Source of the DNA: Laetmonice hystrix
Taxonomy: Eukaryota
Direction: 5' to 3'
Length of the DNA: 64,000 nucleotides
NCBI GenBank assembly: GCA_965235115.1
Contig: OZ249450.1
Span: 19,406,001 to 19,470,000 of the forward strand
Positions within the stretch are counted from its first letter, which is position 1, and each line of letters opens with the position of its first letter. Positions 39,201-49,649 of this stretch are shown here, one piece after another. The notes under the pieces were generated by a model. That model was given only the letters and a program-made list of their open reading frames with translations, was not told the origin of the DNA and searched no databases. The position numbers and the translations under genes were made by a program.

Positions 39201-42200
39201 CCCCCGCCTCCTGAGGCCTAAGCCTCCGGGATCCTCCGTCTCTGAGGCCTAAGCCTCCGGGATCGCTCCCAGATGCTGCCACCCGCTCCGTGGGAGTGGC
39301 TATAAACGCGGACATTCCCTGTGTCCCAGTGATTGAGTTATAATGAGCAGTCTGTTCCCCCACCCCCCACCCGACCAACTGGGTCTCCCTACCCATCATC
39401 CTAAAGTGCAAAACGCTTTAATTTATACATCTGCGTTGAATTAAACTATATATTCACCCGCAAACAAAATGTTTAAAAAAGTGAAATCCAAGAAATATAT
39501 TATCTTTGTGTCAGACATCAAGACAATAGTCACGTGCTGTGACGCTGAGCAGGGTCATCACGCATGGCAACCTCTGCCAAGAGTCCTGATGCGCATCAGC
39601 TGTGAGCCTCAACAAAAATATACCGGGTCTTCCAAGTGTTGCAAGCCAGTAATGTTATAGTCTACCCTTAATGTACATTTTCCTGCCAGCAAGGCTTTAA
39701 ATTTTGATCCTACAGTTGCGGTTCTTTGTGTATGCCAAACCATGGGATTTCCCCGAAGAGGGATGGCGAGACTCCTTTACGCAGCGTTTCGACTTTTTAT
39801 ATATTTTTGTCTTGCTCAATACGACATAAATTGCTCCGAATGTCAGACATACGGCCCTGTGTCTGTCTGCCCGACTGTCTGCCCTTTCGGTGCGGCCGAG
39901 TATGTCTGTGCCTTCCCACAGAACCGTTATGGCCCGATCCACGATTTATGGACGTACACCAACACACTCCAGTTCCCATGACAACCTGTGGCATTCAGTT
40001 TGAAGCTGATAGTCGTACAAAAAACGGCCTAACACAACGGACCAACAATTAACCTGGGAAGGGTGAATGGGTTGAACTGCTGCACAAACTCTCCGGCATC
40101 GGATAGAACGATTCCTGGCAGGATTCTAGCCTTGTGTGGGAACAATTCCGATCAGGAGGGTGAGCCATTAGGGTTACTTACGTCCCTACCATACATCGTC
40201 CCATTATATCAATGGGAACTCTTCACAGCTGAGGGACAAAACATCTCCTCCCCATCATGCTCTAATGTACCGCCATCTCTGAGGCAGGCGTGCTCTCATT
40301 GGCTGTCGCTTGATGAGAACGAGGCTGTGTTACTGTGTTGTAAAAAGAGCCCGGAATGGATCCTTGATGGACTCAGATAGCTGGGCTTTAAGGCATGGAG
40401 GTTTTCAGCCACCAACAACTCACAACACCAGCGGACTTCATGAAAATAGAGTTACAGGCAGGTCAGAAAACACCACTTGATTCGTCCCGCACTTCAGGCT
40501 ACGTCAGATCATTTTATGGAGATGACCTAGACTTGACAGAACTTGCGTTCCAACTTTCTCCACGTCCTTGTTCACATAAAAACGCCATCAGGCAAACAAT
40601 CTTTGTCTGGCAAATGTCTATTCATACCAAACTGGGATTCGAGCATATCAGTGTTATTAATGCCTGCCGTAGGAGTTGGAATGTAAAATTGGAATCGTTA
40701 CAAACAAAGAAAACGCCTATCGAAATATCTCTGACTATCTCAGCCAACCAGTGAAATGTACCTCTTGCATTTATATTACGCCCTCTGCCCACAAAGACTT
40801 TTGAAGGTCATAGTGTAACTGGGAACCCTTTCATGACGTCATACTAGGTCGTCACCCTGACATCACAAGATAAACCTCCGAACCAACCAAATCCTCTGCT
40901 ATTTTTAGATTATTCATCCAGCGATCCCTTTGGCCGCGTCCCTCGTTACCCCGGGAGACAAACCAACGCCATACATCCAGCCAACCACACGCCCTAAATG
41001 AGAACAAATGGTCCATTAGCCGGCCAGATTTGGTGAGGATTTCACGCGTTCCGTTAAATCCCGGAGGGCCGTTTTCTCGGAGCCGAGCGCCCTAATTGAG
41101 GTATAAACATGTCGACCGCCTCCACCCCCGGGGACGGCAGTCTGTACGAAGCCACCGGGGTGCCCACTTCTCCCCTGGAAATCTCCCCCACACATTTACA
41201 GCCAATAACCCAGGACGTAGGAGAAATTAACATTTTCTATAGAAAATGGCGGGTCAAGGCCGGATCTGTCAGACGTCACACTGGTCAGACAACAGGATCT
41301 CTCCCTGCACCACTCCTGACGGCAGTGAACCAATCAAACGTCAGCTCCTGACGGCGGTGAACCAATCAAACTTCAGCTCCTGACGGCAGTGAACCAATCA
41401 AACGTCAGCTCCTGACGGCGGTGAACCAATCAAACGTCAGCTCCTGATGGCGGTGAACCAATCAAACGTCAGCTCCTGACGGCAGTGAACCAATCAAACG
41501 TCAGCTCCTGACGGCAGTGAACCAATCAAACGTCAGTTCCTGACGGCAGTGAACCAATCAAACGTCAGCTCCTGACGGCGGTGAACCAATCAAAAGTCAG
41601 CTCCTGACGGCAGTGAACCAATCAAACCAATCATGATGGGAGGTCACGTGGAAGGTCACGTGGGCCTGTCCTGGGCCCGGTTCACAAGGAAAGTCAAGTC
41701 AATTTTAATTAACTTGAAGTCAGTTTTACTTGATTCTGATTGGTTAAAATGGATTTCAAGCTCATTAAATTTGACTTGACTTTGCTTGTGAACCGGGCCC
41801 TGATCGAGGCGGGTGCCTACCAGGTCCTGATGGACGAGGTACAGGCACGGCACTGTAAACGACCACAGTTATTACGAAACTTTTAACGTAACACCACCTT
41901 ACCCGTGGGGAGGAGGGGGGAGTATGGCCGGGTGGGGCCACTATTGCAGGGGGGCACCCCCATGTCGCTCAATCATCCTTGTAGGAGATTTAAACATTCA
42001 CAAGGACCCAACCTCCTGGAGTGCTACAATACAAATCTCTCAGAACTGTGGAGTAGGGCACTTTGATTGTTACTAATTCAGATTTATCCTTTGCTAAACT
42101 TAGGTTATCAACCCATATAACTTTCTGTTAGTTCTAAGATGTTTCTAAGATCTCGAAATTATAAAAATGTAGACATATTTTTTCCATTCCGCTTTTAAAA

Positions 42201-45200
42201 TACTTTCGCTAATCGCTCGACCCTGAAATTTTAACTTGACGTCCCTGGGGTTCAAAGGCAAATATCTGAGGAATTTTGTGTGTGTGTAACTTTAACATCA
42301 CAAGCCCAGCGGCCAGGTTTGTGGACATTTAATGACATTCTGATTGTGGCAGAGCTTGGGATTTTTATAAAAGGAAACCACCTCGTATCGATTCCACCTG
42401 ATCCCATTTTCCCGTAGAAATTTCACACTTGGGCACTTTTCAGAGGATTCAATGATTCTCATGAAATTTCCCCCAGGCCACATCCAACCCTCGCCCGCCC
42501 TTTGAGAGGGACGTTTTGCCGCAGTAGTTGCGCCACTGACGCTGCCGGCCAGGGCGACCAAGAGAAACGCCATTTTCCGGCTCATTTCGCTGATGGAAGG
42601 GACCGACAACACCCTAATTGCCTGCGATCGTCTCACCTGTAGAAAGAACAGCGGCGGTAGATGCCGGGCGCTTGGCTAACAGAAAAACTCACTTTCCCCA
42701 CAATGTTAGCTCAACAAAAAGGGTTCACGTGACTCGGGTTGAGTGACAGCCCCTCCCCCGCCGTCCGACAATGGGCTCTGAGTGCGCCCCCTACCGGTTG
42801 ATTACAACGGATTGAGGCAAGCTCCGAAAATGGAGGCGCGCTGAACTGTGGGTAGCCACTAACCGGAAACCCGGGCCCAATGGACATAACAATATGTCCC
42901 GCTCTCCACATGGTCCTTGGTCGACAAACTATGGGCTCCTAAACACCCACAACCTAAGTGCTTCAAGCAATTGCAATTCTTGCAATAACCAGTACTTATA
43001 AATATAAATCCAACGTTGATCCATCTACAGAATTTCTGTAATCTATCTCTGATTGGTTCAGTCCAATTCTTGAGACATTTTGTACAGGGATCGCCAAACT
43101 TTTACTTCTGATCACCACAGCTGACCACGCAAAACAGATAACTTCAACAGAATCTGAGTTAGTTCGACTTCTCGGGATGAAAACATCCAACGTCGCCACT
43201 TCCCTGGTTCCTATCATACAGCGCCTCGGTAATGAAAAACGTCTTCATTTTGTGTGAACCGACGACAAACCCAGACGGGTCACGTCGTCCATCTCGGACT
43301 CCCGCCTTTTGTCTGTACGCGCAGACCTTTGTCTCTGCAGACCTTTGTCTCTGCTTCCTGTCCTTCCATCGCCAACCATAGTGATAACGAGGCTGATTAA
43401 CATGTCCACCAAACCGCACGCACCTGCCTTTTTGTTATCTTCACAAGTCTGTCAGGGTCCCTGTCTTTTTGTTATTTTCATAAGTCTGTCGGGGTCCCTG
43501 TCTTTTTGTTATTTTCACTAGTCTGACGTGGTCCCTGTCTTTTTGTTCAACGTTCTTCAAAACCTCTTCAGATCAGGTTTAGACCAAGCCGCAAGGACAC
43601 ACGCAAACTTCCTTGAAATCTAAAAGTCATTCCTGCTGGTTCTATTAATATACTTTAGACACTACAAATAACCTTCAGTACATGCTATCACCATTTAATG
43701 TTCCTCAGGGTATACGTTAAAATTAGAATGACTGCGAGCAAACCACCTCACAACCAGTAGTAGTGTACCCATACAGACGCTTCTCAACCACTCTGTCTAT
43801 CCTCCTGTCTGATCCATCTCAACCACTCTGTCTATCCTCCTGTCTGATCCATCTCAACCACTCTGTCTATCCTCCTGTCTGATCCATCTCAACCACTCTG
43901 TCTATCCTCCTGTCTGATCCATCTCAACCACTCTGTCTATCCTCCTGTCTGATCCATCTCAACCACTCTGTCTATCCTCCTGTCTGATCCATCTCAACCA
44001 CTCTGTCTATCCTCCTGTCTGATCCATCTCAACCACTCTGTCTATCCTCCTGTCTGATCCATCTCAACCACTCTGTCTATCCTCCTGTCTGATCCATGTA
44101 TATCTTTGCTTTATATAGTGTCCTTTTAAAAAAGACAAAATAAATTTCTAAATAAATCTCCAACCCCTTGCAACCTGAGCGCAGTGTAATAACGGCACCC
44201 CTAAGTCCTCTCTGCAGCCCTTCTTTGAACTCTACCCCGTTGTCGTTTTGAGATGTTTAGGATTAGGTCGCGTGTTAGTAGGTGTCTATGTCAGTAGGAT
44301 CCATGCGGGCGGGTCAGACTGTTCAGTAAGACTGGCAGGCTGGGAGAACAGCTCAATGCCATACTTACGGCCCACTCGTCGTTATCCGAGTATTCAGCTC
44401 CGTCAGTTTCTCATTCGTCTTCTTGTACCTGCAGGTAACCAATCAAAACGGTCGGTGAGTGACCAATTAAAATGACAGGTCAGTACCAATCAAAACGGTC
44501 GGTGAGTGACCAATCAAAATGACAGGTCAGTACCAATCAAAACGGTCGGTGAGTGACCAATTAAAATGACAGGTCAGTACCAATCAAAACGGTCGGAGAG
44601 TGACCAATTAAAATGACAGGTCAGTACCAATCAAAACGGTCGGTGAGTGACCAATCAAAACTTTCGGTGGATGCCCGTCAAAACGGTCGGTAGGATATAA
44701 ACGGTCTAAGCTAGCAGTCTTCCATTCCTTGCATAGGTTCAATATTGAAATGACGATGACGAAGAAGAAAAGAAACACAGCGCAGTTCAGCACTTGTCTT
44801 AAAGTGTATACTTGAACACATGAGAGGATTTTGAAGCGAGCCAAGCGTCCTGTGCCCCCCCCCCCCCTGGCTGACCCATTGTAGAAACACGACCCTGGGA
44901 GACACAACGAGCCCGTTAGAGAGCTGGCCCTGTTTGCACCCCACCCCCACCCCCATCCCCATCCCCCGGGGCGGGTCATCCCAGCCGGGAGCGCTGAGGC
45001 CCAGATTATGATCTCCTATTGTAGCTGACATGATTGTATTGTGGAGGAAGGAATGGCTGGCCCTCAGCGCTGCCATGATTAGATCATGCCATGCTCACAC
45101 GGCAACTCGATTACAGTCTTGGGATGCCTGCATTCACGACATTAAAGGCTTCCCTCACACACTGGTTGTGGGGGAAGAGGCTGGGGCAGTCTCCTATTGC

Positions 45201-48200
45201 CACAGACCAGGGCCTGACACAGGGCCACTGGCCCTAAAGTCTGCCCTCACACACTGGGGGGTTGTGGGGGAGGCTAGTTGTGAAACACTTTACCGCCTTT
45301 AAAGTTAAAGCATTTCGCAACATTCGGATAACCATTTAACGGTTATCTGACATTGACCAATCATACAATGAGACAAAGTCGTTGGCTGCCATTGGTCAAT
45401 CATTTCTCGAGATACACTCGTCGCCTGTCATTGGTCAGTTATGACACACTCGTCCTCGTTTATAGAAAGAGTGGTGAACATGCCAATCCCCAGGCCTTCT
45501 GTTGCTGTGATAGCATCAATAATGATTCATGATTACATTCGTGACGGATGCTACTCACATAATATCGATACCATTATTAGGAGTTGTGTGTACAATGGTG
45601 TATCATTAACTATTGACTGTAACGATTGCATGTCACATACATACACCTCTTAATGGGGTGTATGTGTACTTTTAATATCACGTGATCCACCCATGGATCC
45701 ATTCAGGCTGGGTGGTCTAGACTAGACGAACTTTGATCATCAGTTAGCATGACTCGCGGGCAGTCCCAGGCGTAGCCCAGAGATAAATAATAATGAATGC
45801 GACTTTTTCGCAAACATGAACACTTACGATAAAATCTACTTTGAAATTCATACAAACTGTGTGGAAACTTCTCTGGATATCTAGTCCATACAAGCTTTCG
45901 GAAAAGTTTCAGATCACGGCATTTAAAGGCTATCTAGGCACAGGCGCTTTGGCAGAGTGAGGGATTCATCGCAGTGCTCACGTGCAAGGCACAGCAAGCT
46001 ATCCTGGACGAGTCTGAGATTATAATAGTATATGTAAGAGCCCTATCTTCTTGTAAAGCCTGCGAAACACAATGGTACCTAGACGACATATAACCACACT
46101 ACCATTTGACAAAGCTCGGGGCGTGATAGGACATCTCCAATATTTGTTTTTATTCAATACGCCAAAGATGCCACTGATATGGAAACCACGGCTGGCAAAG
46201 TTTGGGATACACAAGTATCAGAAGGACATCCAGGCATACTGGGGTCAGAGAGCCCACAGTTCATAGAACCCGATCTTTTACCCGATCTTCCATTGGATGA
46301 TAATCCACGATCAGCCCAGTACCATCCCTCTAAGATCCACTGTAAACTTATCATAATTAGATCTCCCAGAACGACGTGTATTGAGTGGCGACCACAATGA
46401 GGCGATTTTTTAATACCATACCAGCCCTGCCCCACCGCCACTAACTCCCACTCATCTCTCAATCACCGCGATTGGCTAACTTATGACCGCCATCGTCCAA
46501 TCATAGAACGTCTCTCTTCTTGACCTGACGTGGCACAACCCCTTGAAAATAAAAATAAAAATAATTGAAATTAAATCATATATTTTTTTGGATGAACTTC
46601 CTTGGTGGGCTCTACACCCTCCGTGGGGATGTATGTTGTAGGGCTGTATGCCAGACAACATTGGGTCCCAGGTCAGCAGTGTCTGATCAGTTATTAAATC
46701 TCCAGCTGTGATGGAAGTGGCTGTCAACTTTTTACGACCGTCCTCGCACATTTGTTGTCGTTTCATCAAGGCCAGTTTGAGGTAGACTGATTGCCTCTGG
46801 ATTTCACAGGATGATGAACAACTCACTGAATTATTGTCGAACAAATATTTGGCAACAGGGCTTGTCCCTTATCAATCCGCAATTATCGCTTTTTTTAACA
46901 CTTGACTAAAACTCATGTTTAGCTGGTACCTTCACTCTAGGGGGAAGCTCCAGCCATATTACCCACCTCACTGCTTTCATATCATAGTATTCAATATCTG
47001 TCAGCTTCATAACATGGTATTAAATATGTCAGTTTTATAACATGGTATTAAATATGTCAGTTTTATAACATGGTATTAAATATGTAAATTTTATAACACG
47101 GTACTAACGCTTGCCTCCATATAAGGGAGGAGAACAACATCGTGTTTTCTCACGAATCCTTATCGAGTTATATACGCCATACCCACATCATTCAGTGGCT
47201 GATCACGGGACTGTCCACATTATGTCCCATAATGCAATGCTGTATCCGTTACTAGGCAACGCTCTGACAAAACAGACAACCCTTTACCAGATCAACAACA
47301 TGTCTTTTTATCGTTCTAATCCTCTACAGAAGATCAACAAAATGGGTTTCCACAACCCTAAACATGAGATTAACTATAAAGAACCTCCGTTTATAAACAC
47401 CATGACCATCCTTTAGCAGAGTGTGGTAGCCGGTTTATCCGTATGGGAGGCACGGATCCAGCCAATCATGAGCCAGGTTCTCCACCATCGGTTTAATCTC
47501 TCTCGTTATCATTGCCTGGCGGTTGTTTACTCAGCTCGACGGAAAACAGTGAACGCTGATGGCAACCACTCTCGTGAACAAGTAACTCCGGACACATGCC
47601 TGCACATTAACTCTCAGCCCCCCACCCCCTCCCCACCCCGACATACACGTCCAGGACCAGTCTCTCTCTCTATCATCTGCCATGATATTTCATAAAAGGC
47701 AATGTCCATTGTCCGGGCAGGCCACAGTGTCTGCCGCGGCGTCCTCACCAAAGTTTACCGCGCAGGCGCATTGCGAGAGCGTGGATGGAGATGAAAACGA
47801 GGCGTTTCTACTCCCCAGCACTGTCCAACACCAGCGCTTGTGATTGGCTGCAGCTAAACTCCCAGCATCCTCTCTGGAGTCAAAACGAGGCGTTTCTACT
47901 CCCCAGCACTGTCCAACACCAGCGCTTGTGATTGGCTGCAGCTAAACTCCCAGCATCCTCTCTGGAGTCAAAACGAGGCGTTTCTACTCCCCAGCACTGT
48001 CCAACACCAGCGCTTGTGATTGGCTGCGGCTAAACTCCCAGCATCCTCTCTGGAATCAAAACGAGGCGTTTCTAATTCCCAGCACTGTCCAACACCAGCG
48101 CTTGTGATTGGCTGCGGCTCCCAGCATCCTCTCTGGAATCAAGAGTGTGACGGGCGATGCCAAGAAACCGTAGCCCGTTATTCTAGTGACTACAGACAAA

Positions 48201-49617
48201 ATTTACAATCCTGGTCATAAAAGAAATTCGTGCTAAGCCATGCATGTGATGAGCAAGAGTCGTCTGCATGGTCGCTGGTACCGGTTGACGGAGAGTACCG
48301 GGCGGCTGAACGTTGCTTTACTACCGTGAAAACTCGGGTCAGACATGACTTGTCAACCAAAACCTTCCCGCTCAGTCAGTTCTGTCTAATGTCGCGGAAA
48401 AAAGGGCACTGCTCCTGGTAACACGTCTGACAAACACGGAATCTGAACTGGATGGATATAAAACTTTAAAATGGCTTCTTTTTTTCGCAGACTCCAACCA
48501 ACTTGTATTTAATTTCCAAAGTTTGATTCGGCAACTAGGGAGGTGGTCCCAGTCTTGCCAATTCTTATGCCAACGTGGATTCTGATCTGCTGGGGCCGGT
48601 TTCCTTGTCACATTTGAGACTCCCAAATAGTCACCGTCCTTGCATAACCGTTTTTTTGCAGGCCGGTTGGACAGTCCATTCATGGATCAAGTTAGGCAAG
48701 GGACTTGCCCAACGACTAGGAAACTGGTCCCTGGTGTTTGGTAGATCAGAAAAGGCACTAGTCACATTGAGCTAACAGTGATCTGAAATACAAGCGTCAC
48801 CAAAGTTGGGTAAGCCAAGATGACCTCCCTGTCATCTCCGACATATAATGTTGATCAGAAGCTATAAGAAGTATAGTAGAAGGATGTCTAATGAAAGAAT
48901 CTGTTGTCAGTGGCTTCAGCGAAGCAATGACGTAATGACCAGGCAAGGTTAATTATAATGAACCTGAGGTCGGGTGTGAAACTGATTGGTTAAAATTGAC
49001 TTGAAGGTAACTATAATCAGCTGGGTTCACTTGTGAACTGGCCCCATAAGTCATTGAGATTTCTACAGCTGGTGACGAACAAAACCAAGGCATGCATCAC
49101 AACATTCGCTGGTAGAGAGCTCTGACAATGTAACTAGCTGGAAGGGTAAACAAATATCTACCTTGTGCAATTACGGATCTATACAAATAATGTCTGATGA
49201 GAATAGAAACTACTTCAAACGTGAAACAACCGTGCTTAGTTCAAATTTAGTTAAGTTTTAGCGTTTAACTCACAGTGCATTGCGTCTGCATTTCGTCAGG
49301 GGCAAATAGAGAAGGTTGATTAATATTCATCATTTTATATCAAATCATCAACGTGTGGTTCATCAATCAAAGAATCAATCAAGAAATCTGTCGATCATCC
49401 AGTCAGTCATCTTGCTGTTTGGTCCCTACTGGAATTAATGTCCATGATTAGCAAATATCCTAAAGGGAAAGACTATCTCAATCTCTGAATGTTATCTTTG
49501 AAAACATCCGGTCACGGGTACCACATCATCATATATTCTCACAGGATCCAAGTTATCTAGGTTCTCATCACAAAAATAACCTCAGATCCAGACTAGGTGA
49601 GCAACTATAATTCATTA

Positions 49618-49649
<32 letters not shown>

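Noticed and set aside
46020-46470. Overlapping ORFs on both strands, faintly resembling fibrinogen-like or RT fragments
   Set aside because: No diagnostic motif in any frame; multiple stops
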